In this document: piece after piece, positions 51,620-63,144 of the stretch | How the letters are laid out: every line of letters begins with the position of its first letter | How positions within the stretch are numbered: position 1 is the first letter of the stretch | Origin: Macrostomum hystrix | Lineage: Eukaryota; Animalia; Platyhelminthes | DNA: 64,000 nucleotides | Assembly: GCA_950097015.1 (NCBI GenBank) | Contig: CATNEN010000038.1 | Span: 26,474,001-26,538,000, forward strand | Reading direction: 5' to 3' | Notes under the pieces: generated by a model | The model's database searches: none | What the model saw: the letters and a program-made list of their open reading frames with translations, nothing else | What the model was told of the DNA's origin: nothing | Translations under genes and position numbers: made by a program

Positions 51620-51967
51620 TCTGAATTAATGGCAGAGGACTCGTTTCTAACACATACACGCCACCTCTTTCTTTCTTTCTTTCTTCTTTCAATATTTCTA
51701 GCTGCCTGTCTCACTAGTGCTTATTAGTCAGTCCCTCCCAGCTGGCCAATCTCATATTTACACAATCATCAATCTAAATCTCGGCGCAGAATTTCACTCA
51801 GGCGCTCGAACTAGAGGGAGGCGTGTCTCCTCTGGTTGAAGAGTTTTCGGGGGGGTGTGCGAATGCTACACAATAATGTACATTGACACCCACCCCAGTA
51901 CAAAACTTACGCTATTAATATGCTCGATGCTTTAATAGAAAGCAAAGTAATTTCTAAAAGCAAAGCC

Positions 51968-54900
51968 ATGAATAGCGACGGAGAAATGAGTAATAATTAC
52001 AGTAGTACTGATCCTAGAGACGCTGCTGCTGCATCCAAGACAACTCGATGGTGGATTGCAGCAGGCCTGATACTAACTGGAGCTTTGCTGTGCCTAGCAG
52101 CTGGGATAGGCCTGCCATACATAGCTGGCTGTGTGCTCTCAGGCAAACTAAAACTGCTGCTGCCAATATCTCCTGAGTCTGTGGCCTACAAATCTTGGGT
52201 GTCAAGCGAACTGCGCTTTCAGGTAACCATGCAAATTATTTACTTGGATATTAGGTTAGATGTTTTTACATGGGGTCGGTTCTCAATGGGAGGATTCTTG
52301 GGTCGATTCTCGAGGGGATGATTCTTGGGTTGACTCTCAAGGGGAGGATTCTTGGGTCGATTCTCGAGGGGAGGATTCTTGGGTCGATTCTCGAGGGGAG
52401 GATTCTTGGGTCGATTCTCGAGGGGAGGATTCTTGGGTTGACTCTCAAGGGGAGGATTCTTGGGTCGATTCTCGAGGGGAGGATTCTTGGGTTGACTCTC
52501 AAGGGGAGGATTCTTGGGTCGATTCTCGAGGGGAGGATTCTTGGGTTGACTCTCAAGGGGAGGATTCTTGGGTCGATTCTCGAGGGGAGGATTCTTGGGT
52601 TGACTCTCAAGGGGAGGATTCTTGGGTCGATTCTCGAGGGGAGGATTCTTGGGTCGATTGTCGAGGGGAGGATTCTTGGGTCGATTCTCGAGGGGAGGAT
52701 TCTTGGGCCGATTCTCGAGGGGAGGATTCTTGGGTCGATTCTCGAGGGGAGGATTCTTGGGCCGATTCTCGAGGGGAGGATTCTTGGGTCGATTCTCGAG
52801 GGGAGGATTCTTGGGTCGATTCTCGAGGGGAGGATTCTTGGGTCGATTCTCGAGGGGAGGATTCTTGGGTCGATTCTCGAGGGGAGGATTCTTGGGTCGA
52901 TTCTCGAGGGGAGGATTCTTGGGTTGACTCTCAAGGGGAGGATTCTTGGGTTGACTCTCAAGGGGAGGATTCTTGGGTCGATTCTCGAGGGGAGGATTCT
53001 TGGGTTGACTCTCGAGGGGAGGATTCTTGGGTCGATTCTCGAGGGGAGGATTCTTGGGTCGATTCTCGAGGGGAGGATTCTTGGGTTGACTCTCAAGGGG
53101 AGGATTCTTGTGTCGATTCTCGAGGGGAGGATTCTTGGGTCGATTCTCGAGGAGAGGATTCTTGGGTCGATTCTCGAGGGGAGGATTCTTGGGTCGAATC
53201 TCGAGGGGAGGATTCTTGGGTCGATTGTCGAGGGGAGGATTCTTGGGTCGATTCTCGAGGGGAGGATTCTTGGGCCGATTCTCGAGGGGAGGATTCTTGG
53301 GTCGATTCTCGAGGGGAGGATTCTTGGGCCGATTCTCGAGGGGCGGATTCTTGGGCCGATTCTCGAGGGGAGGATTCTTGGGTCGATTCTCGAGGGGAGG
53401 ATTCTTATTGGGTCGATTCTCAAGGGGAGGATTCTTGGGTCGATTCTCAAGGGGAGGATTCTTGGGTCGATTCTCAAGGGGAGGATTCTTGGGTCGATTC
53501 TCGAGAGGAGGATTCTTGGGCCGATTCTCGAGGGGAGGATTCTTGGGCCGATTCTCGAGGGGAGGATTCTTGGGTCGATTCTCGAGGGGAGGATTCTTGG
53601 GTCGATTCTCAAAGGGAGGATTCTTGGGTCGATTCTCAAGGGGAGGATTCTTGGGTCGATTCTCAAGGGGAGGATTCTTGGGTCGATTCTCGAGGGGAGG
53701 ATTCTTGGGTCGATTCTCGAGGGGAGGATTCTTGGGTTCAATATTTGCGGGCTATTCCTGGGTCGATTCCTGGGTACCGATTTTTTGTGAGAAATTATTG
53801 GAACGATTATTAAAATTATTTTTAGTACGATTCTGCGACTATTGGGTCGTTTTGTTAGGGCTATTTTTATAAACAAAAATTTAGGACGATAATTTTAGTT
53901 AATTTTAAGGGGTTTTCGAAGTGATAAATTATTTTTCTCACAAAATCTTTTTAAAACTTCATTTTTCTGTCTAATAATATCTTATAAAATAAAGTCAAGT
54001 CTTGAATTTCACAGGTGTGGCTCTGGAACGTCACCAATTCGTGGGCGGTGCAGAACGAAGGCGCAACGCCTCACCTGGAACAGGTCGGGCCGTTCACATT
54101 TGCCGAGAATCGAACCCGCGCCTCAATTGAATTCTTCGACAATAATACAGTTAGCTACGACGATGTGCGCGCATACTACTTCTTAGAGGATGAGTCAGTA
54201 GGCGATATGCGTAATTACGTTATTACAAATGTAAATCTGCCTTATCTGACGATAGCACTGAGGCTCAAAGAACAGTCTGTCTTTCTTCGAAATATGGTTC
54301 ACGACTATTTTTCAAAATCGCGCGCTGGGATTCTATCGAACAGAACTGTACACGAGCTGCTTGTTGGTTACACTGATTCTGCTATAGAACAGGTGAGTTC
54401 TATCCGCCTTTGTTATCCCCTCAGTTTGATTGTTTTCCCCTCAGTTTGATTGTTATCCCCTCAGTTTGATTGTTATCCCCTCAGTTTGATTGTTGTCCCA
54501 TCAGTTTGATTGTTATCCCCTCAGTTTGATTGTTGTCCCATCAGTTTGATTGTTATCCCATCAGTTTGATTGTTATCCCATCAGTTTGATTGTTATCCCA
54601 TCAGTTTGATTGTTATCCCATCAGTTTGATTGTTATCCAATCAGTTTAATTGTTATCCCATCAGTTTGATTGTTATCCCCTCAGTTTGATTGTTATCCCA
54701 TCAGTTTGATTGTTATCCAATCAGTTCGATTTTTATCCCATCAGTTTGATTGTTATCCCATCAGTTTGATTGTTATCCCTTCAGTTTGATTGTTATCCCA
54801 TCAGTTTGATTGTTATCCCATCAGTTTGATTGTTATCCCATCAGTTTGATTGTTATCCCATCAGTTTGATTGTTATCCCCGCAGTTTGATTGTTATCCAA

Positions 54901-57900
54901 TCAGTTCGATTGTTATCCCCTCAGTTCGATTGTTATCCAATCAGTTCGATTGTTATCCCCTCAGTTCGATTGTTATCCCCTCAGTTCGATTGTTATCCCT
55001 TCAGTTTGATTGTTATCCCATCAGTTTGATTGTTATCCCCTCAGTTTGATTGTTATCCCCTCAGTTTGATTGTTTTCCCCTCAGTTTGATTGTTATCCCC
55101 TCAGTTTGATTGTTATCCCCTCAGTTTGATTGTTGTCCCATCAGTTTGATTGTTATCCCATCAGTTTGATTGTTATCCCCTCAGTTTGATTGTTATCCCA
55201 TCAGTTTGATTGTTATCCCCTCAGTTTGATTGTTTTCCCCTCAGTTTGATTGTTATCCCCTCAGTTTGATTGTTATCCCCTCAGTTTGATTGTTGTCCCA
55301 TCAGTTTGATTGTTATCCCCTCAGTTCGATTGTTATCCCTTCAGTTTGATTGTTATCCCCTCAGTTTGATTGTTATCCCCTCAGTTTGATTGTTTTCCCC
55401 TCAGTTTGATTGTTATCCCCTCAGTTTGATTGTTATCCCCGCAGTTTGATTGTTATCCCATCAGTTCGATTTTTATCCCATCAGTTTGATTGTTATCCAA
55501 TCAGTTTGATTGTTATCCCATCAGTTTGATTGTTATCCCATCAGGTTGATTGTTATCCCATCAGTTTGATTGTTATCCCATCAGTTTGATTGTTATCCCC
55601 TCAGTTCGATTGTTATCCCATCAGTTTGATTGTTATCCCCTCAGTTTGATTGTTATCCCCTCAGTTTGATTGTTTTCCCCTCAGTTTGATTGTTATCCCC
55701 TCAGTTTGATTGTTATCCCCGCAGTTTGATTGTTATCCCATCAGTTCGATTTTTATCCCATCAGTTTGATTGTTATCCAATCAGTTTGATTGTTATCCCA
55801 TCAGTTTGATTGTTATCCCATCAGGTTGATTGTTATCCCATCAGTTTGATTGTTATCCCATCAGTTTGATTGTTATCCCATCAGGTCGATTGTTATCCCA
55901 TCAGTTTGATTGTTATCCCATCAGTTTGATTGTTATCCCATCAGTTTGATTGTTATCCCATCAGTTTGATTGTTATCCAATCAGTTTAATTGTTATCCCT
56001 TCAGTTTGATTGTTATCCCATCAGTTTGATTGTTATCCAATCAGTTTGATTGTTATCCAATCAGTTTGATTGTTATCCTATCAGTTTGATTGTTATCCCT
56101 TCAGTTTGATTGTTATCCAATCAGTTTGATTGTTATCCCCATCAGTTTGATTGTTATCCCATCAGTTTGATTGTTATCCAATCAGTTTGATTGTTATCCC
56201 CATCAGTTTGATTGTTATCCCATCAGTTTGATTGTTATCCAATCAGTTTGATTGTTATCCAATCAGTTTGATTGTTATCCCTTCAGTTTGATTGTTATCC
56301 CTTCAGTTTGATTGTTATCCCTTCAGTTTGATTGTTATCCCCTCAGTTTGATTTTTATCGTAAGGCTGTGTACAACTTTTCAGTCCATGGACTGGGGGGA
56401 CGCCACACCCACCCTCAATTACCCCAGCTGATGCTGGTACCCAATTTAACGGCTAGGTAAGCAGCGCAGAGTTAAGTGTCTTGCTAAAGGAACACAAAAT
56501 TGCTCTGTGGGTATCGTGAATCGAACCCCCGACCTTCAAGTCGCAAGTCCGATGCTCAAACCGCTAAGCTACTTATCCGGGGGTTGAGTGGCAGAGCGGT
56601 TTGCCTCTCGTACCAAGGTCCCTAAGCTCGATTCCGCGGCGAGGCCACACTTATTTGGGGCGCAGCCACGGTGAGAAGACCTTGAGGGCTTGTCGGGCAA
56701 TTGAGAGTGTACACTGCCTGATGATGAGAAAGTCAGGGCAGATGTACACGTGTTTGCGTGTGTGCTCAGGAGTCAGCGAAATGGGCAGAATTGCCTCCTC
56801 GCTGGCTGCAGGTCTAGTGTCACCAAATGATGTGCCAATCCCTAATGCAACTGTCCCATTCCTATTATTTCCGACAATCTTTCCTGCTCTCAGGTCAGAG
56901 CAATGCTAATCATTACTGGCCAGAAGCTGCCCAAACAGTTCGGCCTGCTGGTTGGCAAGAACAACACCGCCAAGGGTACTGCTCTAGTCGGCACTGGCTC
57001 AAACAATCTCACCGATCTCAGCCGACTGCATCGATGGAACGGCGAATCGGAACTGCACGTCTGGCCGAAGGATTTCGGCAACCAGCTGGTTGGCAGCAGC
57101 GACGGCTCGATGTTCCCGCCGCCGGTGACGCCGGAGAGTTCCCTACGCGTATTCACCCCGGACCTCTGCCGCAGCGCCGGCTTGACATTCGTCGGGCACA
57201 ATAGAGTCCGAGACATTCCTGTACTTCGATTCCGAGTGGCCAAGACCGCCATGATGCGTGCGGATGATAATCCGGAAAATGCCGCGTTCTGCACACCCAG
57301 GTGCCTGGATAGCGGCGTGTTGAATGTCAGCCTCTGCCTGCCAGGCATTCCGCCTGTTGTGGCTTCGGCGCCGCACTTCTACGGCGCTCCGGCCTACTCG
57401 GCAGCCGTCCGGATGCGGCCCGACAAGCGAACTGGACAGGCGGAGTTGGACACTCGACTGGAGGTCGAGCCTAACACTGGCCTCATGCTACGGGCTGCGA
57501 GACGGATGCAGGTTAAGGACCGTTTCTGTCATGTCACCCCTGACAGGCTTAAAAAATCACTGCCGACTTAAAATACCCCATTTCGGACATAAATTTGTTC
57601 CCAAAATCCCATTTCTAAAATGGTGTTTCCCTAATTCCAACCGAATCCAATTTCGACAATAATTTTTCCCGAATCTCATCCTGACAACATTCCCTTCATC
57701 TACAACCGATGTGCACAGCCACGTCCCCTCCGCCACGATCCTCCACCACCTGGCAGATCAACGTCGCTTTGGAGTCGGTGAAAGGCTTCCCGGACACGAA
57801 GCCGTTCGGCAGCCTGCTGCTGATGCCCTACGCCTGGCTGAACGAGAGCGGCAGCATCGGGCCGGAGGCGGCCGCCAGATTTCGCAGCCGAGTGCTCGGC

Positions 57901-58236
57901 CCAATGCGCCTGGCCAGCCTGGTCTCCTGGTTGCTCCTGGCCGCGGGACTAGCTCTGCTCATCCTCGGCTGCGTTGTCTGCAGCCTGGGCATCCGGCTGC
58001 AGGCTATTCAACAGCTTGGCCAGTCGCGACGGCGTCAGCAGACGCAGCTGCGCACTGAGGCCAAGTTGGAACTGGAAGGAAATCTCTACTTCGACAGCCC
58101 TTCAATGAAGCGACGTCAAAGCGAGGAAAAATCTCCGTCAGCGGATGAGCCCAATGCTGAAGACGATCCCGCTGAGCCAAAAGAGCGTCTGCTGCCGGCA
58201 CAGCTAAAGTCGCTGCCCGAGACTGACATTGTGTAG
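51968..58236 (+). CDS. CD36/scavenger receptor class B paralog 2 (exons ~51968-52222, 54015-54392, 56894-57511, 57757-58236)
   Basis: N-terminal TM, FQ-VWLWNVTN, GPFTFAE, RTVHELLVGYTD, SDGSMFPP, DLCRS, SAPHFY, EVEPNTG, MPYAWLNE, C-terminal TM; all introns GT-AG phase 0. The start could be 51920. Confidence 0.92.
52290..53770. repeat. 27-bp minisatellite GAGGATTCTTGGGTCGATTCTCGAGGG (SCARB paralog 2 intron 1)
   Basis: About 54 units. Confidence 0.97.
54410..56360. repeat. 20-bp minisatellite TCAGTTTGATTGTTATCCC(A/C) (SCARB paralog 2 intron 2)
   Basis: About 97 units. Confidence 0.97.
56362..56572 (-). mobile_element. SINE family 1 copy, 3'-truncated
   Basis: Reverse complement of the 8600-8820 head and body, including A and B boxes. 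Confidence 0.85.
56576..56755 (+). mobile_element. tRNA-like SINE family 2
   Basis: A-box-like TGGCAGAGCGG, B-box-like AGCTCGATTCC, 3' hairpin GTGTACACTGCC..GGCAGATGTACAC; related to 17860-17955. Confidence 0.55.
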
Positions 58237-60599
58237 AAAGACAATCCGCCAAGGACAACTGTTGGAAGAACTCTAGATTCGTGGAAGAAGAACATTCAAA
58301 AGCCGATTTTGATGCATGGCATGTTGTTCGGCAGATTTTTTCAGCTTAATCTTTGATGAAGACTTATTGCATGATTTTTTAGTTTCGTTTTTTGTATAAC
58401 CCTAATACTATTCTCATATGTCCGTTAAAAAATTAAAAAATTTAAATTAAAAAAAATAATTAATAATTAAAAACCGATCAGGTACAGTTCTCATTTTACT
58501 TTGATATATTTATACACTAGATCATAAAAAGCTCAATTGTAGTTGCTTGCTCAATTCTTGCTGAAAACGTAGGCATCATGTTGCTGTTAAGTTTCATTTC
58601 GCTGCGGCCTGTATGTGTATATCTATATCCTTTATTTATGAATCTATGTAATATAGCTCTTATCGGCCGTTCATACCTAAAACATCGACCCTCGATAAAA
58701 TCAAGTAGCGATCTTAATACGGAGCTTTTGAGTTTTTTTTGCTCGGTGCTTATAAACTGCTTTAAAGAATATCATCGATCTACACTTTTTTCGCATGACT
58801 AAACCGAAGCAAAACTTCGAATCAAACAAATAAACAAATTTGCTTATAATTTACTTGATACACACTAATTTATAACTGTGAATGTTCATCATGTCTCTTA
58901 ATTAATTTTGATCGGCTACTTAAGTCTTAGATGTACAATTTATACATTTTAAATGTTATGAGCACAGTCCTTATCGGTATAATTCTTTTTCAAAACCTTT
59001 TTCAAAACACCCATTGAATTAAATAACGCTATAACTAGTACGTCGTAAAAGAATTATTATTTCTGGAGCTACTTAAGCATATAATACAGATACATCGATC
59101 ATGTGTCATATAACCTGTCATTTTTTGTAGATGAATCCGATATTCAAATATAAAAATCAGTTTTTTAATAGAACAGGACTTTATTCTTTCACATCCTACT
59201 ATTGCAATGATTCAACTTGAAAAAAAGTCTTGTCAATGCCATAGTATAACATGTCTGCTCCCCTCACTCGTACTCGCGCCTTATTCGGTCAACTGTTCGC
59301 ATTTATCCTTTGTTTTACTTACCTGTTTTGCATTATTTAAAGTAAAATGCCCGCATGCTCTCGATGTTTAAACTTTGGTAGCGTTGCAATTAGGTCGTAT
59401 TTCTCAAATCATAATCTAATTAAAAAATCTTCAGATCTAAATTAAAAAAATTAGAATTGTGAGAACTAAATAAATAGGATTGCAATAACGTATCTTAAAA
59501 TTACGTTTACGGACACATACCGACTCAAGCCAGAGTGTACTCCGACATAATGCAAACCAAGAACAAAAGTTAAAACAAACCTTATTATAACATGGTAAAT
59601 TACAGCATGAGTTTATACAATAAAAGCTTGAATCGAATAGGATTCTACTCTTTTTACTTTTTACTTTATAATCAAAGCTATTATATCGTAAATAATGTCG
59701 ATAAACACAAAAGTCAAGATTCTAGTTTTCTTTGAAACACAAAAATAAAGAGAACCGTTTTCTTCAAAATTGAACCATAGTTGCTGGTTTTGGACAAATA
59801 ATTAAAAATGCGTAGATGTATCTACGAATCTGGAATTCAAATTATCTCTCAGTTTTATAATATTCCTAGTTCTCTAGCAATACAACACCAACATTTTCGT
59901 TATATGTTCCCAGATAAATAAGAAAGTAGGCCTATCTAGGCCTATATATATTGTTACAAAATCTGGAATTGTTTAAAAAATCAATTAGCACAAATGGAAT
60001 GTGTTATTTTATTGTCGATTTGATAATCTTGTATAATTTATGCAGTTTTTTTATATGGCGTTTTTATTGCTAAACCAAAATGAAAATTTGCTACTTACTG
60101 GTTACTGCTACTTTTGTCTTCCTTGTGTACATACAAAGACTTAATGTAGGCCTATTATTACATACTGCATTAGCAAGCTATCATATATTGTTTAATTTAA
60201 TGTCAATTAATGTATGGGGAAGTTATAGAGTGAAAGACAGCCAGTTAATTTCGTATTATTATTGAAAGTTCTGTGCAAATGTAAATCTATAGATTGTGAT
60301 CCTTATGTGGCATGTAAAATGTTTTCTGAAAATACTGTAAGACATGTTTATAAATGTACACATTGTTGAAAAAATGTATGCACCTAGGCTAGTCATTCAG
60401 ATAGGCCTATAAAAGTTTTTTAATATGAATAGTAGGATATTTAAATTCTAAGAATAAAAACATTATATTTATTCTGTTAGACTACATAATATTACATTTT
60501 ATAAATATGTTAAGTGCTACACTAAAAATAAAATTTTTCTTTTAAATTTTAGCAAAGCTTAAATTAGCAGCAGAAAACTAGTAAAGACAGTAATAAAAT

Positions 60600-62374
60600 A
60601 TGTCTAGTGAAGAGGCAGCTGAGATGGCAGCAGAGGCTACTGAGTCTCCTATGCTAGGCGACCCTGTTGAATATTCCACTCTGAATCTCAAGCATTCTCC
60701 ATCGCCAACTCTGGACGAAGGTCACGTGATGTCTGAACGCGTGCAAAGCTTGGCCAGCCAGATCTATACTGAGTTTGAAAATATGATTAGAAAATATGAC
60801 GAAGAAGTAGTCAAAGAGTTAATGCCGCTGATTGTCACTGTGCTAGAGAATCTAGAACGAGCTATAACAGAACGCGGCACATTGGAAGTTAACATGGAAC
60901 TGCTCAAAGAAGATAATCACCAGCTATTGGCCCAATTTGAGCGAGAGAAGCAGATGCGAAAGGCGGCCGAAGACCGCATGTTTGCAACAGAAGAGGCTGC
61001 AGCCGAGGAGAAGGCGAAGTTCTGTGACGACAAGGAGACTCTGCAGTCTATCTGCAAGATGCTGGAGCTCAAAGCCAGGAATGCGCAGGTAAAATCTACA
61101 TAGTAGGCTGAAAAATTTGCCTTATTTTAACTGGCACAAACTGTCCTAGAGCCTCCGACTTGCGACTTGAAGGTCGGTGGGGTCGGTGTGGTGTCCCCCC
61201 AGTCCATGGACTGAACAGCCGAACGCAGCGTTCAGATCCGCCGCATGCATTGACCCCATCGCATCTAGCTTCTACTGGCAGTAGTTGCGTGCGTTTTTTC
61301 CCGAAAAGCATTATATTTTTTCGCCATTTAATCGGAAACAAAAACTATAGGACCAGGCCAGCCGGCTGGAAGAGAAGGAGCGCGAATTGAGGCGAGAGCT
61401 GCAGAGTCGTCGTGACAAATACAACGATTTGTTGCGCAGTCACACTGAGCACGTTGAGCGAACTAAACTGATGCTAGCCAGCGAGCAGCCAATCAGCTCC
61501 GAGCTGGGCGGCGGTTCTGGGGGTGGCGGCGGATTTGTCGGCGGCTATGCGAGATTTCTTCACCAGCAGCAGCAGCAGCAGAGGCTGCACAGACCCCTGT
61601 CTCAACCGGATGGGACAGCAGCAGCAGCAGCAGCAGCTACAGTTGCTATGGGACCCGGCCACCCTAACAACCCGAATCGCCAGTCCGGCTTATCAGAGGA
61701 CAACCCCGGCTCATTCGACGAGGCTAATCTGCAGGCATCCATTCTGCCGCATGCCAGTTTGCGCGAGGAACTGGCAGTTAGTCAGGAGCAGCGACCTGCG
61801 GGTGCCGGGCAGCAGGAATCGCTGCCAACGCTGGAGGTTATCGATGTAGTTCGCCTAGACGAACAGGTGGGTTCTTCTATTTTTGGGTTTGAATTAGAAT
61901 GTACCTTGGGATTTGAATACCTTGAGATTTAAATAAATTGGGATTTGAATACCTTGGGATTTGAATACCTTGGGATTTGAATACCTTGGGATTTGAATAC
62001 CTTGGGATTTGAATTCCTTGAGAATCGAATAGGGAGCTTGAAAAAGAGATGGAAGGTAGTGTCAGGCGTCTTGAGATTCGAACTCCCGACCTGTTAGACA
62101 GAAGTCCAAAGCTCTAAACGCTAAGCTACAACCTTCCCATTGAAAAAATCTGCCTTGCTTCAGGGCTTTAAGGTACCCATTGCTGGCTGCTCCACTGGTG
62201 ATCCTTCGCGTCTAATGCAGCGCCCTCAGCAGCAGCAGTATCAGCCGCCGAATCGGCTGATGTCAGACGATATCAAAGATGGTGCTGGCAACGAAGCCTC
62301 ACTCTATGAAGAGGTGTCCGCTGGTGGCTACGCTGAAGCTATTGGCGAAATCGATGTTGGAGCTGATATTGTCG
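60600..62374 (+). CDS. MAPK8IP3/SPAG9: JNK-interacting protein 3/4 (Sunday driver/UNC-16)-like, 5' part (exons 60600-61088, 61351-61866, 62164-62374; continues beyond window)
   Basis: RH1 domain VMSERVQSLASQIYTEFENMIRKYDEEVVKELMPLIVTVLENLE, LELKARNAQ-DQASRLEEKE, HTEHVERTK, SLYEEVS..IGEIDVGADIVG. Confidence 0.92.
61147..61260 (+). mobile_element. SINE family 1, internally deleted copy
   Basis: CGACTTGAAGGTCGG..CCCCCCAGTCCATGGACTGAACAGCCG..CGCAGC matches 8631-8646 and 8781-8816. Confidence 0.75.
61900..62030. repeat. 16-bp repeat TTGGGATTTGAATACC
   Basis: About 7 units. Confidence 0.9.
62073..62137 (-). mobile_element. SINE family 1 tRNA-like head only
   Basis: Reverse complement reads GGAAGGTTGTAGCTTAGCGTTTAGAGC..GGTCGGGAGTTCGAATC. 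Confidence 0.7.
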
Positions 62375-62514
62375 GTGAGTTGATTTTGGTATTGAGCAAG
62401 TTTTTATTTTTTGGTTTTAACGCCTTGATGAAGAACATTTTTAAAACATTCGCTTGCTTTACAACGGTATTCCCACACTGTTCTGTTCTGTTCCCGTCCA
62501 CAAGTATTTCCCCT

Positions 62515-62905
62515 AGGATTCTGATCCCATCCTCCAGGATTCTAATCCGAATCCACTGGGATTCTGATCCCATCCACCGGGATTCTGATCCAATCCACTG
62601 GGATTCTGATCCCATCCACCGGGATTCTGATCCAATCCACTGGGATTCTGATATCCCATCCACCAGGATTCTAATCCCATCCACTGGGATTCTGATCCAA
62701 TCCACTGGGATTCTAATCCCATCCACTGGGATTCTGATCCAATCCACTGGGATTCTGATCCAATCCACTGGGATTCTGATACCATCCACTGGGATTCTGA
62801 TCCCATCCACCGGGATTCTGATCCCATCCACCGGGATTCTGATCCCATCCACTGGGATTATGATCCCATCCATCGGGATTTTGATCCCATCCATCGGGAT
62901 CCCGT
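62515..62905. repeat. 21-bp minisatellite GGGATTCTGATCCCATCCACT
   Basis: About 18 units. Confidence 0.95.
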
Positions 62906-63144
62906 TCTGGTGTTCCAGGCAGTTCGTTATTTTCCACTGAATTATTTACTTAGTTTACCAGGTATCACATTAGGACTCAATTGTTTCTAAAGGAAATGAA
63001 TATTATATTTTTTGTAATTCAAAAGTAATTCTAAATTGATTCGTTATTCAAACTTTTAACCGTGTTTGTGCAAGCCAAGAAGTTATTTATGCCAAAGATA
63101 GTGCGCAGTTAGAATGCGCAAGACATCATCATTTTCGGCCACAT

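Noticed and set aside
52260-53876. 500+ aa ORFs in several frames (GEDSWVDSR, RILPSRIDP repeats)
   Set aside because: Stop-free 27-bp minisatellite inside a GT-AG intron; the flanking SCARB exons join in frame without it.
56710-56750. Hammerhead-like CTGATGA..GAAA (also at 27350, and CTGAAGAG at 31212)
   Set aside because: Stems II/III and the cleavage triplet cannot be formed.
58075-58098. EGNLYFDS resembling a TEV protease site
   Set aside because: Imperfect match in a native tail; no other sign of engineered sequence.
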